A DNA stretch of 63,644 nt, counting the filler, from Octopus bimaculoides (lineage: Eukaryota), in NCBI RefSeq assembly GCF_001194135.2. It is 8 parts of 8 records of this genome, joined end to end, with 100 filler letters (N's around TTAATTAATTAA, not from the genome) between each part and the next. Parts side by side here need not be neighbours in the genome. Positions count along the whole stretch, not along the records: positions 14,724 to 31,264 come from NC_068989.1; positions 31,365 to 34,106 come from NC_068990.1; positions 34,207 to 43,942 come from NC_069008.1; 5 more parts are not named here. The stretch is one strand, 5' to 3'. This document shows, one piece after another, positions 24,990 through 35,700 of this stretch (the stretch's first letter is position 1; the number at the start of each line of letters is the position of its first letter). Position numbers and translations under genes: made by a program. The notes under the pieces are model-generated. The model was not told where the DNA came from and made no database searches. It saw nothing but the letters and a program-made list of their open reading frames with translations.

Positions 24990-25330
24990 CTCCATACTGG
25001 TTGGTTTTTCGCTTGAGTTTGCCACTTATTATGATCATTTCTTTTCCACTTCATATTTCTTTTAGCATTATCTTTGAATCTCCGTCTGCGTCTTCCATGG
25101 TTTTCTTTCCCCCTTGCGTAGTTGGGAGTAAATGAGTTGTCTGGGGAATCTGCTGTTGTCTATTCTGCGTGTGTCCTCCAACCAACATAAATTTCTCTCA
25201 AACGAGGATTTCCATCAAAGGAAGCAGACTAGCATACCAGAAGATCTCTTCATTCCTGATCTTGTCAAACAGAGTGATATTCATAATTTGTTGCAGCTGT
25301 CTCATCATGTATGCATGTAACTACAGTTAC
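24990..25330 (-). mobile_element. RTE LINE ORF C-terminal remnant
   Basis: MRQLQQIMNITLFDKIRNEEIF..ERNLCWL..RIDNSRFPRQLIYSQLRKG..RRFKDNAKRNMK matches the RTE tail (LR.IL.I.W.DKI.N.E..RLPKQ..YG.L..G.R..GRP..RFKD). Confidence 0.7.
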
Positions 25331-28134
25331 TAGAAATTAAAAACGAGTCATGGCTTCAAGCTGTCTGGACATGCCAACCTTCTTTACTGTCTGTTACGAA
25401 AAATTACTATTACTAACAAATTTTAGTTGATGTTATTTTAATTTTAGGAACGTGGTGGATGACAGAATTGGTAGAGAAGTGGATAACATGCTTTGTTAGA
25501 TATAGTTATGTTGCTTTATATTCTGGGTTCAAATCCTATGAATGTTGATTTTTTTTTTTTTTCTTTTTTAATCTTTCTGGATGTTGATAAAAATAAAGAA
25601 CCAATCAGGTACTGGGGTTGGTAATTATTAGCTAAACCCTCTACCAATGTACATATCCTTATGTTAATGCTAGATAAATGTTCTTATATTAATATCAGAT
25701 AAAACCCATACCATATATATCATCATCATCACCATCATCAGCTTTCCATGCTGGCATAAGTTGGATGGTTTGACTGAAAAATGGTAAGCCGGGCAGTTCC
25801 ACCAGATTCCAATCTGATTTGGCACTGTTTCAACAGCAGGATGCCCTTCCTTAGACCAACCACTCAAAGAGTGTAGTGGGTGCTTTTTACATGCCACTAG
25901 CATAGGTGCCAGTTATGAAACACTGGCATCAGCCATGACTGCAATCTCACTGCGATCTATCAATGACTATATCCTATTATATGATATCAATGTTTATATA
26001 TCACATGTTGTGTCCCTGTTTATTTATATCCTGTTCAGATTCTATCTTTGTTCTGTGCTTTTCACGTCTATATGTATCTGCATAATATATCTAGGTACAT
26101 TAGCATCATTATACCTTCTAGTAGTCTTAAGTTACACCAGACAATACTACTACTACTACTATTACTATTTCACCACAATTGTTGTTGGCACTCCGTCGCT
26201 TACGACGTCGAGGGTTCCAGTTGATCTGGATGCCATGGGGTAATTTTGTTTAAGGTGGACCGCCACTTGCCAGGTGGAAGCCCACTCACTTGGCTCAGAG
26301 GATGTCATCAGTGGCACCGTGGAGGAGACGTACTGACTTTGACCTGTGAGTTGCTTCAGTGGAATTTGAACTTGAAATAGTGGAGTGCCAAACAGTATCT
26401 GTTGCATTTGTCTTAACTCTGAGTATCCTACTTGACGTAATTATCATCACTTTAATGTCCACTTTTATATGGTTGCATGGGTCAGATGGAGTTTCTTGAG
26501 GCAGATTTTCTATGGTCTGATACTCTTCTATTTGTCATCCCCCACCTGTTTCCAAGCAAGCTAAATATTTTTTTCAAAGCCAGACATCTAGCAGAATATT
26601 GAAAACGAACGACTCTGCTTGTATGACAGTGACTATCATTTATAGCTATCATTTAATGTCAAGGCAATTTGACACAAACATATGCAGCAGTCTTCTTTCA
26701 GTTTCCATCTACCAAATCCATTCATAAGGCATTGGTTGGCCCAGAGCTATAGTAGGAGACACTTGCTTAAAGTGCCATACAGCGGGACTGAACTTGGAAC
26801 CATATGGTTGGTAAACAAGATTCTTACCTCACGTACATACCTGTACCTTGGTGTGTTGCATTGATAACATCTTATGAATACTTATGTTTATCTGTTTTTT
26901 CTTTTTTAAACATCAAGACAATGTTCTGTGTCAACTATTTAGATGAGATTCTAAATTTGGTCGAGTTTAATCTATCTTATCAATAGAATTAAATGGAGAA
27001 CCTCTTCTTATCTGTTCAGATTTTCCCAGCCATAGGTTTATAGCAAGAAGTGAAAACTACTGGTAATTTTATATATAATATCTTTTGAATCTCTTTTTTC
27101 ACTTGGGTGTTAGGTCACTAGTAACTTCCTGTCATACTTTACAGATTTATCTCCTCATTTCTTCTTTATTGATTAATTTTCACATATATAATAATTATTT
27201 TATGTATATCGAAATAGGTATTTTCTTTTCTCTTTCTTTTTTTCTAATGAGAATTTGGTTTATTTGTTTTTTTCCTTTTTTTTTTTTTGGTGTTATAAAA
27301 AATTTAATTACCAAATAGATCATTAATCTGGAAATGTTTTCTACATTTTGTGAAGAAAGGACTGTGGAGAAATTAACTTAGAGATATTGATTCTAATTAT
27401 GGATAAAGCAACAGAAGATTATTTTTGGCAAACTCCTGGAACATTTTCTCTTGGTCTTTGCCAAAGATTATCTCATTCTTAAATATAATTCCTTTTGGTA
27501 ATCGATAATATCAGTTTTAAACCATTATTTACATTTATTTGAGGGGAATATGCTTCATTTAAAATGGTAAAAACTATTTATTGAGAAACTAAAATTGTTA
27601 ATTCGATTTTTAAAAATAAGTTTTTATTCTCTAGAATAGAATAGGGTTTTGAATTGAGGTATTTCTTACATTTTCAGTAGAACTGTATTTATTTGTTAAA
27701 GCCTACTTTCAATAGATGAAATAATTTTTGTTAAATTAAAATCGGTTCTTTACTTATACAGGAATACCTCAATTTACGTCATTACAAGTTATGTCTTTTC
27801 CAACTTCACATGGTTTTTTTTTTGGTAATTAATGGAAATAAATAAACCTCAACTTTAGTCAATTTATCAGTGAATATATTTAAAAGCATCAAAATTAGAA
27901 ATTTAAAAATGCCTAAAATCCAATACTGAAATGCAAAATGAAATAAGATGCATGTGAAAATGGTGTACAAACCATTTATTAAAACAAATATGAACTAATA
28001 AATTAAAAGAAATTTTTTTGAGTGGATGTCTTGGGACCAATTACTGACATAAATTGAGCTATGCATGTACTTGATTAACTAAAATGTTGATTGTCTGACA
28101 TGAGTTCTTGTTACTAATATTGTAACTTTTCCCA

Positions 28135-28465
28135 TAAGGCAGCAAACTGGCAGAATCATTAGCATGCTGGGCAAAATGCTTAGCGGTATTTCGTCTGTCT
28201 TTATGTTCTGAGTTCAAATTCTGCCAAGGTCGACTTTGCCTTTCATCCTTTCAGGGTCAATAAATTAAGTACCAGTCATGCACTGGGGTCGATGTAATCG
28301 ACTTAATCTCTTCGTCTGTCCTTGTTTGTCCCCTCTATGTTTAGCCCCTTGTGGGCAATAAAGAAATAAGAATCGTTAGCATGCTGGGGAAAATGTTTAG
28401 CGGTGTCTTGTTCGTCTTTATGTTCTGAGTTCAAATTCTGCTGAAGTCGACTTTGCCTTTCATCA
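28135..28465 (+). mobile_element. SINE family B, tandem 1.5 units, CpG-decayed
   Basis: Same head-core-tail-head-core layout as 4694-5045, with multiple CpG to TpG/CpA changes. Confidence 0.85.
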
Positions 28466-28689
28466 CACACAAACACATACATACATCACAAGCTTCTTTC
28501 AGTCTCCATCTAAAAAAATCCACTCACAAGTTTCTGATCAGCCTGAGGCTGTAATAGAAAACATTTACCCAGGTGCCACACAGTGAAACTGAACCCAAAG
28601 ACCACATGGTCGGGAAGCAAGCTTTGTAACCACACAGTTATGGCTGCACCTGCATATTATAGTAGTCTCCAAGTCCTGTCGTTGTACGT

Positions 28690-28945
28690 ATGGAAATGAA
28701 CTGAAGTTGTATTAGCTCTTTCCAATTAACAAGTCTTGGTTACAGTATTTTGTTTGTTTCTTCAGCATTGATCCTAGTCTCCTTGGCAACAGAACTTACC
28801 TACTGCGTATAGTGTTCTGCTATTGCAGGCTATGGTCTTTGAACACAGACTGGAAGCATCATGTTTTGAGCCATTTAAAGAGCTACTGTGCAACAAGTCT
28901 ATCAGTAATGCCACTGCATTTTTTATGAACCAACTGCTTGTATTA
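28690..28945 (-). mobile_element. degraded RTE RT remnant
   Basis: VHKKCSGITDRL and VGKFCCQGD (resembling V.KFCYLGD) on the minus strand. Many stops. Confidence 0.4.
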
Positions 28946-30231
28946 TTCACCAAAGTATTGAGTTGCTACTAACTTCCTTTTTATACATACATAAGTAAAT
29001 CCATCTTCCTGACATTGTGGCTATGTGGAAATTATTGTCAATAACTAACATCTTGCTTTTTTCTTTCTTTCTTTTTTTTTTTTTGAAACCATATTCATCC
29101 TTTATTTTATTTTATAGTTTTTTTTCCCTTCCTCTCTTAAATTCTACATCTGCTTTCCAAATCTCAAATGTTACAACTGTTTCATTGTCATAGCAACAAC
29201 ATTTAGATTATTAATGGGCCTGGTTTCTCAATTGGATTTGATCTTGGACACTGAGTTGGAAAATTAGGAAAGAGCTCAGTATACTATTTCATTATCAACC
29301 TAGCTGATTGATTGACTAAACAATTAATAAAACAATTGATTAGTTAGTTGGTTAAATGGTTAAATAATTGATTTATAATGATGAACAAAGTGAAATAGAA
29401 CCAATGTGTGTGTGTGTTTTTAGTAACAGTATTATGACTCTCCCACGAGGGTTATAATACTGTTATGACCGCCCAGTGGTTGGGGCGTTGCTCTCATGAT
29501 TAACTAGAGAAAGCCCAAACTTCATTGAGTACTACAACATCATCACCATCATCATCATTATCATTTAATGTCCGTTTTCCAAGCTGGCATCGGTTGGATG
29601 GTTTCTATGGCTGGATGCCCTTCCTAATGCCAAACACTTTATAGAGTGCAGTGAGTGCTTTTTATTTGGTTCCATCACGAGTACTTTATATGTGGCACCA
29701 GCATAAATGCTTTTTTTAGGCGGTGCTAATACAGGTGTATTTTATGTGATGTTGTACAGGTGCTTTTTACATGATTGCTGATAATAATTGTGCTTTTTTT
29801 AATACTTAATACACAACCATTTTATATGTAATTCTGTCTAGGGATATACCATGGTTGGTAAAAAGAAAATTGGCTCAGCTCTGAGGCAAGAAAAATAATT
29901 ATGTGGTAACATGGTTCTCTTAATATACTACGGGATTTGCATAGTTGAAGAAAATATTACCTGTATTTTATGGTATCATAATACTTTGGAATCTTTAAGA
30001 GAAACCAAAAGATCCTGCAAACAAAAGGCAGATTATAGTATATATCTGTACGATATACAGAGCCTATTGTTATATGACAAGGAGATTTGCATAAACAAAG
30101 TGAATGTTGATGATTCACTTTGTTAGTGTCTAAGAGACTTGCAAACTAATCAGGAATTAAGATCTACCAAACAAGAGTATTGTTAAAGAATATAAGAAAC
30201 TAACTTGAAGGAAGCTGGAGTTAATATTTAA

Positions 30232-30655
30232 CCCTTTAACATTCAAATTATTCTGTCTAACGCAGTGGTCCCCAAACTTTTTCGAGCTACCGCCCCCTTG
30301 ACACCCAGACCACATTCCTAGTGCCCCCACCCCAACTAACCATCATAAACATAAACCTCCTTCTGAAGCAGATTCAAAGCAACTGTATTTCACAAATAAA
30401 ACTCAATCAAACGAACCCTTTATTTTGTTGTTTTTACATGAATTGCTATCCCATTATTGCCCCACTTTTTACACGAATCACTACCCCATTATCGCCCTGT
30501 TTTTTTTCACTGCCCCCAGGGGCGGGGGGCAGTACCACCCAGTTTGGGAACCTCTGGTCTAATGCAATGCTTATTTATTTAAACTGTTTTGAATTATTCA
30601 TGCATTGTCTTTTTGTGTTAAGATTTCGATTTGTATAATCATGACAGTAAAAGGG
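30232..30655. mobile_element. piggyBac-like MITE with nested hAT MITE
   Basis: TTAA-CCCTTTAAC ... GTAAAAGGG-TTAA. TTAA target duplications lie at 30228-30231 and 30656-30659. Confidence 0.7.
30263..30556. mobile_element. hAT (Charlie-like) MITE
   Basis: TIRs CAGTGGTCCCCAAACT / AGTTTGGGAACCTCTG. The 8-bp TSD reads gtctaacg / gtctaatg. Confidence 0.85.
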
Positions 30656-30750
30656 TTAACCTAAAAGGGTCAACCTAAAAGGGTCAACCTAAAAAGGTCA
30701 ACCTAAAAGGGTCAACCTAAAAGGGTTAACCCAAAAGGGTTAACCTAAAA
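30648..30750. repeat. 14-bp tandem array (TAAAAGGGTYAACC) x7.4
   Basis: Units start at 30648, 30662, 30676, 30690, 30704, 30718, 30732 and 30746 (partial). Confidence 0.95.
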
Positions 30751-30842
30751 TATCCCAAACTATACAAATGCTCCAAGTTCAATAATTAGATTACAAAAAC
30801 CATATCTCTTCTTCTTTACAGTGTCTCAAAATGCCTCTGCTC

Positions 30843-31074
30843 CACTATTTAGCATTTAAATCAGTTATATCGGACCCTAATATTCTACCTGTTTTGTGTT
30901 CAAACTATCCAGATCCTGCCTCTTGTACGTACCCTTGAATGTATGTCATTCCAAAAATATACAAATTACATCATTGAAGTCTTGAAGCTACAAGATAATG
31001 TCTGATTAATTCAAAACAGTTTGAATAAATAAGCTGTGCATTTGACAGAACAATCTGAATGCTGAAGGGCTTAA
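30843..31074. mobile_element. degraded piggyBac-like MITE
   Basis: tttagcattt.. near the start and gaatgctgaagggcttaa at the end form imperfect inverted termini. Confidence 0.4.
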
Positions 31075-31264
31075 TAGCTTTTGAATATTTTAACAATAAC
31101 ACAATTACACCCTATATCTCTTCCCTTCAGCTCTTAATTACTGTTTTTCAAAACCACCACCACCACCACCACCACCACCACCACCAGCATCATCAGTGCT
31201 ACAGCATTGTTGAAAATTGGGTATTTGGATTTGCTTATGTCATATTCCTGGTAAAATCTTATTT

Positions 31265-31364
31265 NNNNNNNNNNNNNNNNNNNNNNNNNNNNNNNNNNNN
31301 NNNNNNNNTTAATTAATTAANNNNNNNNNNNNNNNNNNNNNNNNNNNNNNNNNNNNNNNNNNNN
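31265..31364. other. artificial 100-bp contig-join spacer
   Basis: 44 N + TTAATTAATTAA + 44 N. Confidence 0.95.
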
Positions 31365-31849
31365 GACACCATTTTGAGCGTGGCCGTTTTCATGCGGGTG
31401 ACACGTAAAAGCACCCACTACACTCTCTGAGTGGTTGGCGTTAGGAAGGGCATCCAGCTGTAGAAACTCTGCCAAATCAGACTGGAGCCTGGTGTTGCCA
31501 TCCGGTTTCACCAGTCCTCAGTCAAATCGTCCAACCCATGCTAGCATGGAAAGCGGACGTTAAACGATGATGATGATGATGATGATGATGATAATAACAA
31601 TGATAATAATGATAATAATAGTAAATATCTGTATTTCTGTAAATGTGATAAATGTTGTAAACAAACAGTGTTTGCCATTTTTGCCCAGTCTGTTTTTCCT
31701 GTGTGTACATACTGTATGTACATGTAGTATAATTTCACTAATTACTTATGCTGTTTAATTAACACCCCATCCTGTGATGTAGAGGAACTCTGGGTGGCAA
31801 GCAAGATGTGACTCCACTGAGGTGGGATAGGGTAGGAGATAGAGGTCTT

Positions 31850-32275
31850 TCTTGAGTCATATAGATTCATAAGGCTCGTTTTCCGGTTTCCATGGTGCAC
31901 ATACTCCTCCCTGGATGGGATGTCAGTCTGTTGCAGAATTACTCTTTTTTGCTAGCTGAATGGACTGGAGCAATGTGGAATGAAGTGTTTTACTCAAAAA
32001 CACATGTTGCTTGGTTGAGGAATTGAAATCAGATCTTATGATCATGAGTTGAACACTCTAACCCAGTGTTTCTCAGCCAGGGTTTCCTGGAACACTAAGG
32101 TTCTGCAAAAGGTTCCTAGGGGTTCCACGAGAAAGAGTGAGATAAGCTAATGCTAATTTCATGATTGTAATATAACTATACATGCACATGTTATTGGTTA
32201 TTATAATATTGTAATATAGACATCTAACCTATTATGGTATCAAAAAAGTATTAATTTTTTCTTAAATCAGTTTTT

Positions 32276-32306
<31 letters not shown>

Positions 32307-32475
32307 AGTGTGTGTGTGATATTTACCATGTGAACTACTATGAAAAAATCTGAGAACAATATGATATATAATTTTTTTTTGTGTAGGGGTTCCTTGAGAC
32401 ATGTAATTTATTTTAAAGGTTACGCAAGGGTAAAAAGTTTGAGAAACACTTCCCTAACCACTGAACCATGTGCCA
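31850..32475 (-). mobile_element. SINE family D split by a hAT MITE
   Basis: Removing 32064-32451 plus one TSD restores ggcacatggttcagtggttagagtgttcaactc..gagtaaaacacttcattccacattgctccagtcc on the minus strand. Confidence 0.75.
32064..32451. mobile_element. hAT (Charlie-like) MITE
   Basis: CAGTGTTTCTCAG ... TTGAGAAACACTT termini. The 8-bp TSD reads ctctaacc / ccctaacc. Confidence 0.8.
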
Positions 32476-32477
32476 CC

Positions 32478-32770
32478 ACATCGAGGTGAGATGCAAAGAG
32501 TTTGCAGGCCAGTTCCTCTACAGAGCTTACAACATGCTGGGCATCACAGGGGCCAGTAGGCAGAAGGACATCAGATTGGGTGTGAAGGCTGCAGAGGTTG
32601 CCTCAAAGTGGCTGTGGCTCTGGAGATGTGAGCCCTGCAAGGGACAGAGCTACCAAGAGGAGTGCTAATTGAATAAATGCTGGGGCTTGATCAACCCTGG
32701 CTTGGTCACTTGTGTGGGAGCGTCTGATGTGAAATGACCTGAAATACCTAATGACCCTTGAAAGCATCAC
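32478..32770 (+). mobile_element. Hero (R2-group, RLE) LINE 3' end
   Basis: IEVRCKEFAGQFLYRAYNMLGITG..AAEVASKWLWLWR resembles Hero PVEVGCRGFAGQSL..LGI.G..AAE.ASRWLW.RR. The following gctggggcttgatcaaccctgg..ggtcac..gtctgatgtgaaa..gacctgaaatac resembles the Hero 3' UTR as recalled. Confidence 0.7.
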
Positions 32771-32929
32771 TGTTAGTTAACACTATTATGGTTATCTCTG
32801 GAGTAACATTACTCAGTAGGGCTTGACAGGGAGTCTCTCCAGGTCGACCCACTACTTACTTCTTCACATTGAGAGCTCACAGCTGTGATACTACAGACTT
32901 TTGAATGCCATAAAGTGTTGCAGGAAAAA

Positions 32930-33120
32930 GTTGCAAGATGGATTCTTCAAGCCGAGCCAACCAGCAGGAGACCTTGGTGTAGACCATGAATGAAATCGTT
33001 GGATTATATCCATAGTCTCAATTGGTCAAGCTTGGGAATTCAGCTGGAAAGTGTAATGAGGGTTGCTTCGGATAGGACCCTATAGAGGAAGTGCCTGAGG
33101 ATTCTGGGGGTATTACCTTG
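32930..33120 (+). mobile_element. RTE LINE 3' remnant
   Basis: VARWILQAEPTSRRPWCRP*MKSLDYIHSLNWSSLGIQL..VASDR resembles LAR..L.A.P.G.RPRGRPRTRW.DYI.DL.WSRLG. Confidence 0.6.
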
Positions 33121-33179
33121 AAATTTAATTCCACAGTTAAAGAGTAACCTCAACGAATTGCTTCCTTCTTTCTCTGCAG

Positions 33180-33392
33180 TGTAACCGAGTGAAAGCCGCC
33201 ATTGACTGCTGTATTCAGCTGAATCATTGGAATATGGCTATAGATTTAGCCAGGAAATATTCTATAAAGGACATTGATTCTATGTTAACCAAATATATGA
33301 GTCACCTTCTAGAGAAAGGACGCACCATGAATGCTGTTGAGCTTTATTGCAAAGCAGGGCACTATTTAGAAGCTGCTAAACTGCTGATGAAG
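33180..33392 (+). CDS. WDR35: WD repeat-containing protein 35 / IFT121 (IFT-A), internal coding exon (71 codons, phase 0-0)
   Basis: Polypyrimidine acceptor cttccttctttctctgcag| and donor aag|gtaaaa. Translation CNRVKAAIDCCIQLNHWNMAIDLARKYSIKDIDSMLTKYMSHLLEKGRTMNAVELYCKAGHYLEAAKLLMK aligns to human WDR35 [71 protein letters not shown] (recalled sequence). Confidence 0.93.
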
Positions 33393-33821
33393 GTAAAAAA
33401 ACTTGACTTTTTTGTGTGTTATATCCTTATATATCCCTGTTCTGTATTTGTCTTTTGTTAAATAGAGCTGAGATACATCTCCCCCTGGATAGAACACTGG
33501 AATATCACAGTTCATCATCATCATCATCATCATCATCATTTTGACATCCATATTTTCATGCATGCATGTGTCAAACAAGGTTTATTGAGGCAGGTTTTCT
33601 ATGACCAGTTACCCTTCCTATTTGTGCTCACAGATTGTGATATTTTGGCTTGTTTTCAGTGTTTTTTCATTAGTGACGATCATTGTGTTTAGTGGACTTT
33701 TTCTCATCCGGCTCCCAAGCCTACAACACTTGGTCTCCCATCCATAATACAGTTGTATTAGACACAATGCATTTTTTTCACATATTTAAGAATGTATATG
33801 TTTTATATGCTGAAAAATATG

Positions 33822-33866
<45 letters not shown>

Positions 33867-33867
33867 C

Positions 33868-34106
33868 AAATAATTACAGAGGCATCAAGCTGTTAGATCA
33901 GGTTATGAAAGTTACAGAGAGGGTCATAGCCCAACTAATTAGGGAGCGAATCAATTTAGATGAGATGCAGTTTGGGTTCGTGCCAGGTAAAAGCACTACT
34001 GATGCCTTATTTCTAGTGAGACAGCTGCAGGAGAAATACCTAGCTAAGGATAAACCTCTGTACCTGGCTTTCGTTGACATGGAGAAAGCCTTTGACAGGG
34101 TCCCCC
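33868..34106 (+). mobile_element. RTE LINE reverse transcriptase fragment (uninterrupted)
   Basis: NYRGIKLL..QFGFVPGKSTTDALFLVRQLQEKY..LAFVDMEKAFDRVP covers the N-terminal RT motifs through the DxxKAFD motif. It ends at the spacer. Confidence 0.92.
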
Positions 34107-34206
34107 NNNNNNNNNNNNNNNNNNNNNNNNNNNNNNNNNNNNNNNNNNNNTTAATTAATTAANNNNNNNNNNNNNNNNNNNNNNNNNNNNNNNNNNNNNN
34201 NNNNNN
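34107..34206. other. artificial 100-bp contig-join spacer
   Basis: 44 N + TTAATTAATTAA + 44 N. Confidence 0.95.
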
Positions 34207-34259
34207 TATATATATATATATATATTTAATTATGTATATGTATATAAATTTATATATAC

Positions 34260-34770
34260 ATTCACAGTGTTGACATCATTCTTTCTGATGATGACGAAGT
34301 CAATCTGGTGCCAATGACACCAAGAAACTTCATACCGGTCTTTGCCATTGTAGAAGGTGCTTGCAATTCACAGGTTGTTATTTGTGCAGAATTCTAAGAG
34401 TCTCTGGCTATTCTCCTTGATTTTCCCCAGTCCAAACTGTCCAAGGCAGATGGGCCATGCTTGGTGATCAGCGCCTACTCTTGCATTGAAATCGCGCATG
34501 AAAAAGATTTGGTCTACCTTTGGGACATTGTTGATCACATCCTGAAGTTCCTCGTAAAACTGATCTTTCTTCTCATTTTCTGCTGTTAGAATCGGGGCAT
34601 AGGCACTAATGAGATGGGCCCTTTCAGTTTTAGTCCCCACTTCCATGATAGTGATGCGCTGAGATATACCTCGAGGAGTACTGATCTTGTTCAGCAATCT
34701 GATGTGTACTGCGAATCCTACACCATGGATTCTCCTCTCATCTTCCCCAAAGCCCTTCCAGAAGAATGTG
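34260..34770 (-). mobile_element. RTE LINE AP-endonuclease fragment
   Basis: FFWKG..RRIHGVGFAV..LISAYAP..KDQFYEEL..DFNARVG..GKIKENSQRLLEFC..HWHQIDFVI: APE motifs of the RTE/BovB type. Confidence 0.9.
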
Positions 34771-34859
34771 TTATATATATATATATATAAATCTGTACAT
34801 TTATATGTGTTTGTATATGTACATACATACATATAAATCTACATTTATATATATATATA

Positions 34860-35700
34860 TGTCATACATACACCGGGCTCTTGAGGGAAAGCTAATCACT
34901 TTAAAACATGAACTCAGGGCAATGAGCGAGAAACTCCGCTATCGCATGCGAATCTTTGAACGAGCCAGTATTAATCGCAAGTTTGCTTCCAGCCCAGAAG
35001 CATTATACAGAGAGATGAGGAAGGAAAACATTTCCATTAAGAAAGATCCCTCCCAAGATCTATAATTATTCTGGTAAAAAAATCTGGAATGAAAAGAGGG
35101 ATTTCATCCTGAATGTATCATGGTTCAATACAATTGAGAGAGAATACTGTACCAACACTAACAGTAAAACATACAAAATTGATGCAGAAGCCTTTGCTAT
35201 AGTAGTAGGCAAACTGTAGAATGAGAAGGCACCTGAAAGGGACCTAATAGTTGGATATTGGTGCAAAAAGCTGACATTTTATAGAAACCAGTTGACATAT
35301 ATGTTCAAAAGGACTATGGAAGATCAGACTGATATACTGAATTGGCTTGCTACAGCAACGAGAAATCTTGTTACCAAAAATGAAATCCCCGAGATGGCAG
35401 GAAACTACAGGCCCATTGCTTGCCTAAACATTAAGTACAAAGCGTAGAGACCTTGTGACAGTATGGCTTGATTATAGGAAGGCATTCAACTCTATGCCTC
35501 ATTCATGGCTGTTGTAGTTCCTACATCTGGCAAAAGTACCTACCATCCTAATTGCTGCTATAGAGAGGCTAACAAAGACACGGACAGCAATTCTCACCCT
35601 TCCAACTGAGAACAGAATAATTGTTTGAGATTCTATAAACATTTCAAAGGGAATATTCCAGGGAGATAGTCTTTCTGGGATTCTTTTCATTTTGGCCTAA
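34860..35700 (+). mobile_element. R4/Dong-like LINE RT region, decayed
   Basis: LKHELRAMSEKLR..INRKF..LYREM..; KAPERDLIVGYWCKKL; NYRPIACLN..YK; GIFQGDSLSGILFILA. Stops and frameshifts are present. Confidence 0.8.

Noticed and set aside
24088-30750. CRISPR-like arrays (27-bp x3, 14-bp x7)
   Set aside because: There are no unique spacers, no cas genes, and the context is eukaryotic.
30648-30750. Interstitial telomere repeat
   Set aside because: The unit is 14 bp and derives from a MITE end; it is not (TTAGGG)n.
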